A stretch of 64,000 bases of DNA, from the NCBI GenBank assembly GCA_963713925.1, contig OY970212.1, positions 448,001 through 512,000 of the forward strand. Direction: 5' to 3'. Below are positions 9,568 through 20,175 of this stretch, piece after piece (the first letter of the stretch is position 1; every line of letters starts with the position of its first letter). Under the pieces are notes generated by a model that saw nothing but the letters and a program-made list of their open reading frames with translations, ran no database searches and was not told where the DNA came from. Source of the DNA: an uncultured bacterium (GTDB lineage Bacteria; Babelota; Babeliae; Babelales; Vermiphilaceae). The position numbers and the translations under genes are program-made.

Positions 9568-9689
9568 AGAAACGTCCTTTAGTATTGAAATATTAATTAT
9601 TTGCAAGTCTAAACGAGTTCGAAAAAGATGATTAGTTCCCGAATTCACGTGTTAGAATATAAGACAGTTCAACTTTTTGCAATTTTTGA

Positions 9690-11036
9690 TCAATTAAATA
9701 ATGAAAGCAATTCATAAACGCTGCCAAAACGCCTAATTGCACATTTTGATTCATCAAGCTTTTGATTGCGCGCAACAAAAATGTTTTTGATTCCGAATTT
9801 TTCTGCTTCTTTGATAAAGACGTTCACCTGATTGATGGGCTTGATTTGTCCGGTTAGGCTGACTTCGCCCAAGATGATCGATTTTTCCGGAAGCGGTTGT
9901 TGAAAGTAGCTCGAGAGCAGCGCGAATGCAATGCCTAAATCAGCGGCACTTTCTTTAATTTTAAATCCGCCGCTTGTTTTGAAAAAGATATCATGGGCGC
10001 TCAAACGCACTTGTAAATATTTTTCCAAAATAGCAGCCACCAGCACCACTTGCTTGTGTTCAACGCCGGTCACCACTCGCTGTGGGATCCCGATTTTTGC
10101 TTCAATGGTGAGTGCTTGCAATTCAAGCAGCAGTGGACGAGAACCTTCAATAACGGAAGTTAAGGCTGATCCGCTCGAGTGAGAGACTTCATTAATAAGA
10201 TGTTCATTGATGTTGGGCACTTCATGCAAGCCTTGTTCGCCCATGTGAAAAAAACCGATTTCATTAATGGTCCCGAATCGATTTTTCACCGATCGAAGCA
10301 CTCGCGTTTGCCAGCGATCTTCGCCTTGCAAATAAAATACTGCGTCTACCATATGTTCAAGCGTTTTAGGGCCGGCAATGTTCCCTTCTTTGGTGATATG
10401 TCCACTGACGATGACGGTAATACCATTATCTTTTGCCAATCGCATAAGATGAAAAGCTGATTCGCGCAGTTGCCCAACGCTGCCCGGAATGGCTTGGCTA
10501 TTGTTGGTGTAACAATTTTGAATTGAATCGATGATGACAATATCAGGCTTGTGTTGCTGTGCAGTTGCAATAATTTCTTGTAGGTCTGCATGATCTGAAA
10601 ATAAAAGTCGGTCTTCAATGGTTCCCAACCGAGCGGCTCGTTGATGCACTTGTGCGAGCGATTCTTCGGTGGAGAAATAAAATACGGTGTGTCTTTTTGC
10701 CAGCTGGTTGCAGACTTGCAGCAAGAGAGTTGATTTCCCGATTCCTGGGTCGCCGGTCAAAATAATGAATGATTCGGGCATAATGCCCCCGCCAACAACG
10801 CGATCCCATTCATCAATTCCTGACTGCATACGTTGTTTTTCTGCCACGGGACGATTTTTGAGTGGCGTCATGACAACAGCGGCTCCGGTTGTACTTCGTG
10901 CTCCAGCAAAGGCGGATGGCTGCGTTACTTGCTCGGCAAATGTGTTCCACTCATTGCATTCCGGGCAACAGCCGAGCCATTTGACCGTTTTATAGCTGCA
11001 TCCGTTACAAATAAAAAGAGTTTTTGCTTTGCTCAT
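9690..11036 (-). CDS. radA: DNA repair protein RadA/Sms
   Basis: N-terminal C4 zinc finger, Walker A GDPGIGKS, KNRFG signature, Lon-like C-terminus. Confidence 0.97.
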   Translation of the reverse strand: MSKAKTLFICNGCSYKTVKWLGCCPECNEWNTFAEQVTQPSAFAGARSTTGAAVVMTPLKNRPVAEKQRMQSGIDEWDRVVGGGIMPESFIILTGDPGIGKSTLLLQVCNQLAKRHTVFYFSTEESLAQVHQRAARLGTIEDRLLFSDHADLQEIIATAQQHKPDIVIIDSIQNCYTNNSQAIPGSVGQLRESAFHLMRLAKDNGITVIVSGHITKEGNIAGPKTLEHMVDAVFYLQGEDRWQTRVLRSVKNRFGTINEIGFFHMGEQGLHEVPNINEHLINEVSHSSGSALTSVIEGSRPLLLELQALTIEAKIGIPQRVVTGVEHKQVVLVAAILEKYLQVRLSAHDIFFKTSGGFKIKESAADLGIAFALLSSYFQQPLPEKSIILGEVSLTGQIKPINQVNVFIKEAEKFGIKNIFVARNQKLDESKCAIRRFGSVYELLSLFN

Positions 11037-11111
11037 GAGACTTGCCTAGGGTTCGTTGAGTTTTTGAAACCATGAAAAATTGCATTCATTTCTACGCTTA
11101 ATTGATTTTTT

Positions 11112-11193
11112 ACTAGCCGTTCGTGGTGAGCGAAGTTTCGGGCCCCATGCGCAAAGCATGGGCAAAAGTGAAACGAAGTCGAACCATTCGAAC
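11112..11193 (+). repeat. Palindromic element family B (CCGTTCGTGGTGAGCG...GTCGAACCATTCGAAC) carrying a nested family-G hairpin (11140-11162)
   Basis: Near-identical to the reverse complement of 51324-51416; inner GGGCCCCATGC-GCAAA-GCATGGG. Confidence 0.75.
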
Positions 11194-11213
11194 AAAAAAA
11201 ATGGAATCTAGAA

Positions 11214-11798
11214 TTACCATTTTGGCAATTTATCAATCGTGTAACATCCGCGGCAGCGGGCTTGATATGCTTCTTGTGCGCCAATCATAATGATAGGGTC
11301 ATCAAAACGCGCAGGACATCCATTGACTAAACGTTGAGTAAAATGTGCATCTTTGCCACATTCAGTGCAGATCGAGCGCAATTTTGTCACCGAGTCAGCA
11401 AGTGCCATGAGCATCGGCATAACGCCAAAAGGAACGCCGCGAAAATCAAGATCAAGTCCGGCGGCGATCACTTTTTTGCCTGAATGCACAAGCGAAAAAA
11501 TGGTAGCAACAATTGATTGGTCAAAAAATTGCGCCTCATCAATACCGATGACACATGCATTTTTTTCAGCGACAACAGTTTCCAAGATATCAACTGAATC
11601 GATAGGAAGCGCTGCATGTTTTGTGCCGTTGTGTGAAACGACATATTCCGCCGCATATCGATTATCAAGTGACGGTTTAAAAGTGATGACCGTTTGCTTT
11701 GCGATTGCGGCGCGACGCAGCCTGCGCATGAGTTCTTCAGATTTTCCTGAAAACATAGGGCCGCAAATAACTTCCAGTGAACCATTGGTAGTGAGCAT
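11214..11798 (-). CDS. tdk: Thymidine kinase
   Basis: GPMFSGKS P-loop, IDEAQF, GLDLDFRG, C-terminal Zn motif CTEC/CRGC. Confidence 0.96.
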   Translation of the reverse strand: MLTTNGSLEVICGPMFSGKSEELMRRLRRAAIAKQTVITFKPSLDNRYAAEYVVSHNGTKHAALPIDSVDILETVVAEKNACVIGIDEAQFFDQSIVATIFSLVHSGKKVIAAGLDLDFRGVPFGVMPMLMALADSVTKLRSICTECGKDAHFTQRLVNGCPARFDDPIIMIGAQEAYQARCRGCYTIDKLPKW

Positions 11799-11957
11799 GA
11801 AATCCTCCTGTAGTAATCAATTGTCTATTAAATATACAGGATAAATCGGTTCATCTATTTTGCAACACTCATTTTTATTGCTATGAAAATTGCAAATGTT
11901 TAATCTGTTTATGCAGTGATGATTAAACATTTACAATTTTATGAGAAAGATGTTTGT

Positions 11958-13790
11958 ATGAACCGGATTTCAATAATTCTCTGCATACTCTTTTTTCCGC
12001 TTCAATCGGCAGATCTCAAAAAGGAGTTGGTCACAGTTGAATTTGATGACAAAACAACTCTTCAATTAGAAAAAAATGTTTTAACAGCTTCCAATGTTTT
12101 TAAAAATAAGTTTGATCGTTGGGGTGGGCAAACGCTTCAAATACACGATCTATCGCCGAAACTTTTTGGGAAGGTGTTGTATCCTCTCATGCGGTCTGTG
12201 AGTACAGAGGATAAAAAATTACAGAATGAGCAAGATGCTGATAAAGGCATACGTGCTCGTATTAAATTTTTAAGCTTTGATCAAATAAAAGAACTTGCAA
12301 TGGCGGCTGATTATTATGATATTCCGCAACTACTTCCCGTTTTTGTAAATCGATGTGCCGAACTTTTGACTAAACCGTCTTCTTTGAAAGATTTTGCGAT
12401 CGATCCGGAACTCATGCTTGTCAGATTAGACATGCCAACTGATTTGACGAATCAGATAGAAAACTCTCCCATCATAGAAAGTAAAGCGAGACAATTCTTT
12501 TTGCGATCCCCTTTGTATGAGTTGCCGGGCGAACATCTTCCCGTTTTTTCATCTACCGGAAAATTTCTTGCAACAGCATCAACTGATCAGGTATATGTGC
12601 GAAATCCCCAGACGGGTAAGTTGTTATATTCTTCTCCAAAATATGATAACAGGGTATGGGATCTTTCATTTGCATTTGATTCACTATTTATTACAGATCC
12701 TTACGGTCTTGTTAGGATCTGGACTCCTCCAACGGGCAGAGCATTTCCTGCTGCCGTTAATGTTGGGAGCATGGCAAAAGTGCAGAATATTGCATTTGCT
12801 CCCGATGGAACGTCGATGGCTGTTGATAAAGAAAAAGGGAAAATTGAAGTTTTTGGTACACACGGAAAATCGATCCCATATGTCATACCCAATTTGAGTG
12901 AGTATGGTGCGTATACCATTACATTTTCATTAGATGGAAAGAATCTTTTGGTTTTCGGAGATGGGAAAGCCCGATTTTTGAGCCTAAAGACAGGCCACTG
13001 GGATGATTCGCTTAATTTTTCACGTGATCTGCAGAGAATTCAAGTCTCACCCGATCAAAAGCGGTTTGCCGGTTCCTTTTTTAAGCACGATAATGTAAGG
13101 GGGGCCGATCTTTATAGCATGGAGGGACAAATAAGCCATTTAGATAGTAAATTTGGGGGAGGGAGAGATCCTTTTCTTTTGTTTTCTCCCAATGGAAAGA
13201 TAGTGGTTGCAGCTTTCGATTTTGAGACCGTAAAGTTGTATGATCCGCTTACGGGAGATAAGTTACGTGAGATTTCAAGTGACCAAAAAAAACATTTTGA
13301 TGTGAGCGAAATCGCAAATTCTCCTAATGGGGAATTAATTGCCATAGGATATAACAAGGATCCTTACAGGAATTCTGCTGACACAAGAGATGCCACGTGG
13401 AAGATCGACCTTTGGAATGTTCAAGATCGCCGTAATATCAGACTTATCGATACGATAACAGACTTGGAACAAAGCAGAGATAAAATGGCCGTCTATAAGC
13501 TTACATTTTCACCGGACAGTAGGTTGTTAGCAGCAGAAATTGATTCGGATCGTGCCTTCGCGAGGGGTGAAAGATATCAGGACCCGAAAAGCGTTAAAGT
13601 GTGGTTTTTGGGTGGTAAGATCCCGCTTGAATTATCACTGGCTCTTTTGGCCTTGGATGCCACTGTCCCTCGACCAGCCAATTTGAAGCCATTGCGTGAC
13701 TTTGTGAACCATGAGGTCAAACAACTTCCGAATCAATCAATGCGAGAGATATTACAGGCCTTTTTTGATAAAAAATTTGCAAGCGTGTAA
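11958..13790 (+). CDS. Secreted Skp1/BTB-like domain + WD40 beta-propeller protein
   Basis: Signal peptide; Skp1-like V.F.D...L...VL..S..F..., ELAMAADYYDIPQLL; multiple FSPDG/WD blades; C-terminal helices shared with 14708 paralogue. Confidence 0.75.
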   Translation: MNRISIILCILFFPLQSADLKKELVTVEFDDKTTLQLEKNVLTASNVFKNKFDRWGGQTLQIHDLSPKLFGKVLYPLMRSVSTEDKKLQNEQDADKGIRARIKFLSFDQIKELAMAADYYDIPQLLPVFVNRCAELLTKPSSLKDFAIDPELMLVRLDMPTDLTNQIENSPIIESKARQFFLRSPLYELPGEHLPVFSSTGKFLATASTDQVYVRNPQTGKLLYSSPKYDNRVWDLSFAFDSLFITDPYGLVRIWTPPTGRAFPAAVNVGSMAKVQNIAFAPDGTSMAVDKEKGKIEVFGTHGKSIPYVIPNLSEYGAYTITFSLDGKNLLVFGDGKARFLSLKTGHWDDSLNFSRDLQRIQVSPDQKRFAGSFFKHDNVRGADLYSMEGQISHLDSKFGGGRDPFLLFSPNGKIVVAAFDFETVKLYDPLTGDKLREISSDQKKHFDVSEIANSPNGELIAIGYNKDPYRNSADTRDATWKIDLWNVQDRRNIRLIDTITDLEQSRDKMAVYKLTFSPDSRLLAAEIDSDRAFARGERYQDPKSVKVWFLGGKIPLELSLALLALDATVPRPANLKPLRDFVNHEVKQLPNQSMREILQAFFDKKFASV

Positions 13791-13843
13791 GTTGGTATTT
13801 AAAGTTAGATTTTTTTATGTATAAGGCGGGTTTTAGGGGATTT

Positions 13844-14692
13844 ATGGATTCATTAAGTAAATATATTGCGCAATCAGGAGCGGCTTCACGGCGAATGGCT
13901 ACCGAGCTGATCAAAGAAGGAAAAGTAATGGTCAACGGCGTTGTCGTCAAAGAGCCGGGGCATAAGCTGGAGCCGGGAGCGGTAGTTAAAGTCGGCAAAA
14001 AGACGATTGTTCACCAAAAAAAGGTGTATATCGCGATGAACAAGCCAAAGGGATATATCACAACCGTTTCGGATGATAAAAACAGACAAACGGTTATGCA
14101 GCTTTTGGTTGGGGCACCAAAGGTGCGGTTGTATCCGATCGGGAGACTCGATCAAGACACGACCGGGATCTTATTATTCACCAATGACGGCGATTTTGCA
14201 CAAAAGTTGGCTCATCCCAAGTTTGAGGTGGTTAAAGAATATATTGTGACGTTGGATCGAGATTTTTCGGATGCTGATCGTGAACTCTTGTCAAAAACCA
14301 TACATCTCAAAGACGGTGCTGTAAAAGTGGATCATTTTGCGATCATACATCCGCGCAAAAAAAATGTGTTAAAGATTAAAATTCACAGCGGTAAGAACAG
14401 GGTAGTACGCAGAATTTTTGCTCATTTGGGGTATTTTGTGAACGCATTGGAACGAGTTTCATTTGGTGGTCTTTCAAAACGAGCAATTCCTATTGGCCGC
14501 TGGAGATATTTAACGAGCAGCGAAGTGCGTCGGTTGATTGGGTCCCAGGCATCGCCTGCGCATGGCTCAAGTGCAAAAGGGCAAGAGGTTTCAAGCAAGG
14601 CCGATAAACAACCGAAAAAAGCAACTAAGGCACGAGTGCGGACGAAAAAAGTGACCGGCGGCAGAAGAAAGCCAGCTTCAAGATTGCGTTAA
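13844..14692 (+). CDS. rluB: 23S rRNA pseudouridine synthase, RsuA/RluB family with S4 domain
   Basis: S4 domain (SRR...LI.EG.V.VNG), MNKPKG, catalytic GRLD, Lys/Arg-rich tail; exact paralogue name uncertain. Confidence 0.85.
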   Translation: MDSLSKYIAQSGAASRRMATELIKEGKVMVNGVVVKEPGHKLEPGAVVKVGKKTIVHQKKVYIAMNKPKGYITTVSDDKNRQTVMQLLVGAPKVRLYPIGRLDQDTTGILLFTNDGDFAQKLAHPKFEVVKEYIVTLDRDFSDADRELLSKTIHLKDGAVKVDHFAIIHPRKKNVLKIKIHSGKNRVVRRIFAHLGYFVNALERVSFGGLSKRAIPIGRWRYLTSSEVRRLIGSQASPAHGSSAKGQEVSSKADKQPKKATKARVRTKKVTGGRRKPASRLR

Positions 14693-14707
14693 TAGCCGGA
14701 GAACGGA

Positions 14708-16552
14708 ATGAAAAAAATAATACTTATTTTTTTTGTATGTTTGGTAGGTGCGAGCGACAAGCGGGTCAAGATTGAATTGAGCGATAAATCTACTTTTTTG
14801 GCTGACAGCGATGTATTACGGGTTTCCAAAATAATTGGAAACTGGTTGGCTGATTCGAAAGACTATTCAGAGACGATTCCGGTGAATCAGATTTCACCAG
14901 AGCTTTTTAAAAAGGTCTTATATCCTTTAATGCAATATGATCCAAATAAAGATGTCGATAAGCGGCAGGATATTAAAAATCGATATAAGAATCTGAACAT
15001 CAAGAGTCGAAGTTTCGACGCAAGGGCACATACCAATTTGTTGAATTTTGATCAAATTAAAGAGCTGACGTTAGCGTCCGATTATTATGATATTCCGACG
15101 CTGTTGCCGTTATTTTTAAATCGGTGTGTCGAGATTTTGACGTCTGAAGCACATTTAAAACGTTTTTCGCGTGATCCAGAACTATTTATGGCAGGTATGG
15201 ATATTCCCGATCATCTTGCGGATATGATAGCCAATTCACTGTTTATGAAAAATCGGATTCCGTATTTTTTTTCAACAAATCCGATTTATACCAATGACCG
15301 GTTTTCATATTCGATAATTCCCGCGTTTTCCCCTGATAATAATCATATTATTATGGGTAATAGTGAGAGTATCAGTGTTTTGAATTCCTATACCGGAGGA
15401 AAAGAGTATGCTTTTAGCGCAAAAAATGAGGGGCTGGATATAAAAGATGTCACATTTTCAACGGACGGAACTCGTTTTGCAGTCAAGTTAATTCATTTTG
15501 ATAAAACATCACCGAACGATAATGAAACATTCGTTGACATTTTAGATACTCATACCGGTGAGATCTTGGCGAGCTATGACTTTGGAAGAAGAGATGTTAG
15601 CCGCCGAATGCTGGGAATTACGTTTTCTTCCGACGGTAATAAAATTGCTTTTCGATTTCCTCGAGAAATCAATGTTTTTGATATGAACTCTCAGGCAAAA
15701 ATTTTTTCGTCCAATTTACCGAGTTACTCGAAGGATGCCGCATTCTCTCCCGATTCCAAGAGGCTTGTTGTAGCATTGGATGACACGCTGTTTAAAATTT
15801 TTGATTTCAATGGCGGTCAGGTTGAAGCGGATATGCCGAAAAAAAATAAATCAGAGATAGCCAGGATTAATAAAATAAGATTTGATTCCACGGGAAAACA
15901 TGTTGTCGGCTTGTCCAGAGGTGGGTGCTTTGTGTGGGATTCGCAAACGGGTCAATTGGATTGGTCGAAACCCTATCCAAAAGCCCCTGCGATACGTAAT
16001 TATCCATCAGGTGGCTACTTTTTCCCAGATGGATCAAAGATTGTTGCGGTAAGCGAGGAAGGTCTTTTTATTGCGTCCGTGTTTCCAAAAAGTCCATGGC
16101 AAGAAATTACTGAAAGCAAGCTGCCATACAAATATCCTAATACGCCGACTGCAATATCATTTTCATTCGATGGGAAGTTGCTGGCGGCAGGAAGTGATAT
16201 CGGTATTATAAAGCTTTGGAATACTAAAACAAATGAGCTGTTACGTACAATTGACAATCGCATTGAAGACCGTCCTTTGGATACTATCGAAATGTCTCCC
16301 TTTGGCGATTTGCTTGTTACTGTGTCGGGAAATCGTGTAATTCGTATGTGGCAGACCTTTATCAATCCGAAGCTATCACTTGAAACCGAGCTAACGTTTT
16401 TGGCATTGAGCGATAAGAAGTTGTTACCGAGAGATGTGGAGCAGTTACGTCAATTTGCAGATAAAAGTCTTGAGTCTATAAAAGATGAAGCAACAAAGAA
16501 AATATTGCGCGGTTATTTTGATGGAAGGTTTAAGGAGGTTGGCAAAAAGTAA
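14708..16552 (+). CDS. Secreted Skp1/BTB-like domain + WD40 beta-propeller protein (paralogue)
   Basis: VKIELSDKSTFLADSDVLRVSKIIGNWL, IPVNQISPELFKKVL, ELTLASDYYDIPTLL; WD40 blades (LAAGSDIGIIKLWN). Confidence 0.78.
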   Translation: MKKIILIFFVCLVGASDKRVKIELSDKSTFLADSDVLRVSKIIGNWLADSKDYSETIPVNQISPELFKKVLYPLMQYDPNKDVDKRQDIKNRYKNLNIKSRSFDARAHTNLLNFDQIKELTLASDYYDIPTLLPLFLNRCVEILTSEAHLKRFSRDPELFMAGMDIPDHLADMIANSLFMKNRIPYFFSTNPIYTNDRFSYSIIPAFSPDNNHIIMGNSESISVLNSYTGGKEYAFSAKNEGLDIKDVTFSTDGTRFAVKLIHFDKTSPNDNETFVDILDTHTGEILASYDFGRRDVSRRMLGITFSSDGNKIAFRFPREINVFDMNSQAKIFSSNLPSYSKDAAFSPDSKRLVVALDDTLFKIFDFNGGQVEADMPKKNKSEIARINKIRFDSTGKHVVGLSRGGCFVWDSQTGQLDWSKPYPKAPAIRNYPSGGYFFPDGSKIVAVSEEGLFIASVFPKSPWQEITESKLPYKYPNTPTAISFSFDGKLLAAGSDIGIIKLWNTKTNELLRTIDNRIEDRPLDTIEMSPFGDLLVTVSGNRVIRMWQTFINPKLSLETELTFLALSDKKLLPRDVEQLRQFADKSLESIKDEATKKILRGYFDGRFKEVGKK

Positions 16553-16593
16553 TGTCGTGAAATATCATCAGCGTGAGAAAAAGAAGGAACCGC

Positions 16594-18777
16594 ATGAAAA
16601 TCGTACGAATCATTTTGTGTGTGTCTATAATAATATCAAGTGTAATGAAAGCCCAAGAATACCATGGAGCATTTATGAGCAACGATCAAGTTGCCGGATA
16701 TCGTGCCGGTGAAATTTTTATCATTAAAAATGAATCGATAAAAAAACTGTTTGATTCGTTACAGCCGGAAGAACGGGTTGTTTGTTATTATTTGTATCGA
16801 GCACTATTGCCCGGAAATCGTATTGCTGCTGATCAGCTTCATCGACATTCGCTTTTAATTCAGGATATCTGCATTGCCTTGCTTGAGCAGAAGGAAATCT
16901 TGCGTAAATCGAAACAATTAAAACAGGGTGCCGATTTCGTTTCACAGCTTGAGATATACCTCACCTATCTGTTGGTTAATCATAGTCAGTATTTTGCCAA
17001 GGAACACACTAATGAAAAACGTACGCCGCAGCGATTAAAGTTACATGAACTGACCGTTGAAAATGTGACTGAGAGTTTAAAAATTATCGGAAGATCAGAT
17101 TTGCTAACCTTTCTTGCCCAGGTGAAGCAATCATGGTTTGATCAAGGTTATGAACCGACCAATTGCGTTGCCAATAGCATTAATGAAAGCTCAGTCAATT
17201 TTTACGCCCCCGAATTTACCGATGCGCATTTTGATGCGTTATCCGCTCGCGATCAATCATACTTGAATGCATATTATGCTGTTGATCGCATCGAAAAATA
17301 TAAAATCGACGGAAAATATAGCAAAGAGCTTTCGGTGGCGGCCTATTGGTTGACACAGGCGCGGGATTATGCAAAACAATATTCTGACGTATTTGATCAG
17401 CCATTTGTTGATAGTTTGACCTATTTGATTGATTTTCTTCACTCGGGTGACGAGGAAGATTTTCGTAAACATGCGATCACATGGATCAAAACAAATAACA
17501 GAATTGATTATACGTTTGGATTTATTGAGAATTATCAAGACCCTAAAGAATTTCGTGGGATGTTTGAAGCCGAAGTGACGATAAAATCAATAGAGTTGGA
17601 TAAGCTCAATAAAATTCTGCCCCATTTGGAAGCGCAATTGCCATTCAAGCTTGAACACAAAAGAGAACTTGGACAAAATTCAACGATGAATGCTTCTATA
17701 AACAGCATTGTCTATGCGTCGGGAGAGATGGGCCCAGCCGCAGTTTTGGCGGCCTATTGTTTGCCTAATTATGAAGACATTCGTGCGAAATATGGATCAA
17801 AGCAAATTATTTATGATTCACAAAAAGGATTGGCGGCTTATTTGAATCCCAAAATGTATCGCAAGCTCTTTTTTTCTCCTGAACGTGCGCGCTTTTTAGA
17901 TGAATATGACCAATCCGATAAGTTGAACTCACAATTCTGGAATACGCATTGCATTTTGCATGAAACGCTTGGCCACGGGAGCGGCAAACTTGATGAACAC
18001 ACCTTCGTTGACGGAGATCCGGCGGAGATTGATGGCCATTCATACAGAATCGGACAAACAGTTCCGCTCACTGAAAGCATGGCCAATCTGTTACTCAAAG
18101 GTGATGCACAAGCTTTGGAAGAATTGCGCGCTGAGATCATTGCCTTGTACACAAGTATTGCTCATTTTGATGAACTGGATGCAATTGGTTTGTATGGCGA
18201 ATGGCCCAAAGTTATCGGAAAAGAGAAATGTATTGAATGGCTCATTTTTGGCATGGCAAACACAGGATTGCGCAGATTGTTATCTCAACCGATTGATACG
18301 TATGAAATTGCCGGTGCACATGCGCAGGCAAATACCATTATTCTGAATTATTTGATTGATGCGGGTGGGCTGACACTTGCTCAAAAAAAGGTCGAATATG
18401 AGCAAAAAGCACACGAAGTTTTCTGCATTGATCGAATCGATGCGCACAAAGCGATACAAGCAGTGAATGATCTGGTTGTTCTCGTGCAGACAATAAAATC
18501 AACTGCGGACGGTGTTGGATTTAGAGCCCTCAAAGATCAATATGGTGCTCGGGTGCGCTCGATGGTGCAGGTGAAATTGTTGCAAGACAACTTTAAATCA
18601 GTCGTCGGCGACGTGCAAATGCTTGCACATATTTTCCCTGAGCTTGTGCCCGTTGTTGAACATGAAGGAAAACTCATTGATTGCGCTCTTCACTGGCAGG
18701 ACTCGCTTTTAGAGCATTATAATAAGGTAAAGCCTCTGATTCTCTCAATCGAAAAACCTAAACATTCGCATCAATAA
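16594..18777 (+). CDS. Peptidase M49 / dipeptidyl peptidase III
   Basis: Hexapeptide HETLGH zinc motif, EELRAE second motif, GFIENYQDP, AHAQA; N-terminal signal peptide. Confidence 0.9.
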   Translation: MKIVRIILCVSIIISSVMKAQEYHGAFMSNDQVAGYRAGEIFIIKNESIKKLFDSLQPEERVVCYYLYRALLPGNRIAADQLHRHSLLIQDICIALLEQKEILRKSKQLKQGADFVSQLEIYLTYLLVNHSQYFAKEHTNEKRTPQRLKLHELTVENVTESLKIIGRSDLLTFLAQVKQSWFDQGYEPTNCVANSINESSVNFYAPEFTDAHFDALSARDQSYLNAYYAVDRIEKYKIDGKYSKELSVAAYWLTQARDYAKQYSDVFDQPFVDSLTYLIDFLHSGDEEDFRKHAITWIKTNNRIDYTFGFIENYQDPKEFRGMFEAEVTIKSIELDKLNKILPHLEAQLPFKLEHKRELGQNSTMNASINSIVYASGEMGPAAVLAAYCLPNYEDIRAKYGSKQIIYDSQKGLAAYLNPKMYRKLFFSPERARFLDEYDQSDKLNSQFWNTHCILHETLGHGSGKLDEHTFVDGDPAEIDGHSYRIGQTVPLTESMANLLLKGDAQALEELRAEIIALYTSIAHFDELDAIGLYGEWPKVIGKEKCIEWLIFGMANTGLRRLLSQPIDTYEIAGAHAQANTIILNYLIDAGGLTLAQKKVEYEQKAHEVFCIDRIDAHKAIQAVNDLVVLVQTIKSTADGVGFRALKDQYGARVRSMVQVKLLQDNFKSVVGDVQMLAHIFPELVPVVEHEGKLIDCALHWQDSLLEHYNKVKPLILSIEKPKHSHQ

Positions 18778-20107
18778 TGCTGATCATTGCCAAATACTGA
18801 TTATTGATCGCTTGTCCGGTTGTTAAGATATGCATCAATTGATTGGCAACTGATTTTTTGCATATGTGAGCATGTGCAGTTGTAATTGGTGTGTTGATCC
18901 ATCCTCCATATACAACTAAATCATCTTTGATATATTGCGTAGTTAAAGATGCGGGAATTTGATCGTGAGTGCAGAGGTGAATCCATTCGGCTTGAGCTTT
19001 TTTTAGATCAATCAGTGCCTGTTCGAGCATATCGGGTGAAATCGTTTTTTGGAGTGCGTTTCTGTGCACGATAACGACGTACTCGTCAGTAAGATGGGCA
19101 AGTGCATGTGCAACTGACTGCGCTTCCTCTTGAGTCGTTATCATGTTAAAAAGCGTTGATTGTGAATTTTCTTTTAAATGAAGATTATTTGTGAAATGCG
19201 CTTGATTATCTTCGGTTGTCAGCAACACAGAAACAATCGGCTCAGATTTTTCTCTGCGCACCGGTGAGCGCAGCGGTTGATAGCGTTGTCTGCCCTTCAC
19301 TTCCGTTGCTGATTGGACTTGTAATGTTCGTTCGATTTTAAATCCATTGATGGGCGACCCAGCATTATATAAATAGACAAGCTGGTCATTGAAAAAGAGG
19401 TGCGATCCAGCCATTTCAAGCATTGGATAGATGTTGGCGTAGTCATCACATTGCGGATAAAATTTGCCTTTAAATCCCGGCACATTGAGCACCAATAAAT
19501 CGCGCAGTTGTATGTTTTTGTAAAGCCATGCTCTGAATGCACGAATATGCATATAGATCCAACCTTTGTTACGGAAATCATTTTTTCTAATAGTCTCCGC
19601 ATCTGTCGGCGCACACAAATGTCCTGTTGAAACTCCCCAGTGACGCGCTTCTTGCTCAGGGAATGCTTTATCGTTACCATACATAAACCAGACAGAATCG
19701 TTGCTCATGATATTGGCAACTCGTTCAAGTGCGCGAGTGTGAGCCAATCTATCATCACAATCGATAAAAACAACAATATCATCGTCAGAACACAAATAAT
19801 GAAGTGCATAATAAATGTTGCGTAATTTTCGTTGGCGCACCGGATTTTGGATGGCAATCATTTTGTCATGCCAACCATGTTGATTAATGTAATTTTGCAC
19901 AACCGTAAAGCTGCCATCGGTAGAACAATCATCAATGTAAATGATGCGATAATTTTGATATGTTTGCCTTCTAATCGATTCTAATGTGTCAATGACATAC
20001 GATTTGTTGTTGTAAGACGGAATGAGGATAGTCAAGAAAGGTTGAGCCGCGTAAGTGAAATAAATAAAAGACACACTCAATAGATAGAGTATATTTCGCT
20101 TCATCAT
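18758..20107 (-). CDS. Glycosyltransferase family 2 protein
   Basis: ILIPSYN, IDDCSTDGS, DxDD (IDCDD); start reassigned to MMKRN. Confidence 0.85.
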   Translation of the reverse strand: MMKRNILYLLSVSFIYFTYAAQPFLTILIPSYNNKSYVIDTLESIRRQTYQNYRIIYIDDCSTDGSFTVVQNYINQHGWHDKMIAIQNPVRQRKLRNIYYALHYLCSDDDIVVFIDCDDRLAHTRALERVANIMSNDSVWFMYGNDKAFPEQEARHWGVSTGHLCAPTDAETIRKNDFRNKGWIYMHIRAFRAWLYKNIQLRDLLVLNVPGFKGKFYPQCDDYANIYPMLEMAGSHLFFNDQLVYLYNAGSPINGFKIERTLQVQSATEVKGRQRYQPLRSPVRREKSEPIVSVLLTTEDNQAHFTNNLHLKENSQSTLFNMITTQEEAQSVAHALAHLTDEYVVIVHRNALQKTISPDMLEQALIDLKKAQAEWIHLCTHDQIPASLTTQYIKDDLVVYGGWINTPITTAHAHICKKSVANQLMHILTTGQAINNQYLAMISIIDANV

Positions 20108-20175
20108 TAAAAACTCCTTGAATATGTAGTACAGTATTGAAATAGTTTTCATGTTCGTCAAGTAAAAGGGATTGA

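Noticed and set aside
11033..11284. 83-aa ORF between tdk and radA
   Set aside because: It overlaps the tdk 3' end and reads through the family B/G palindrome; likely spurious.
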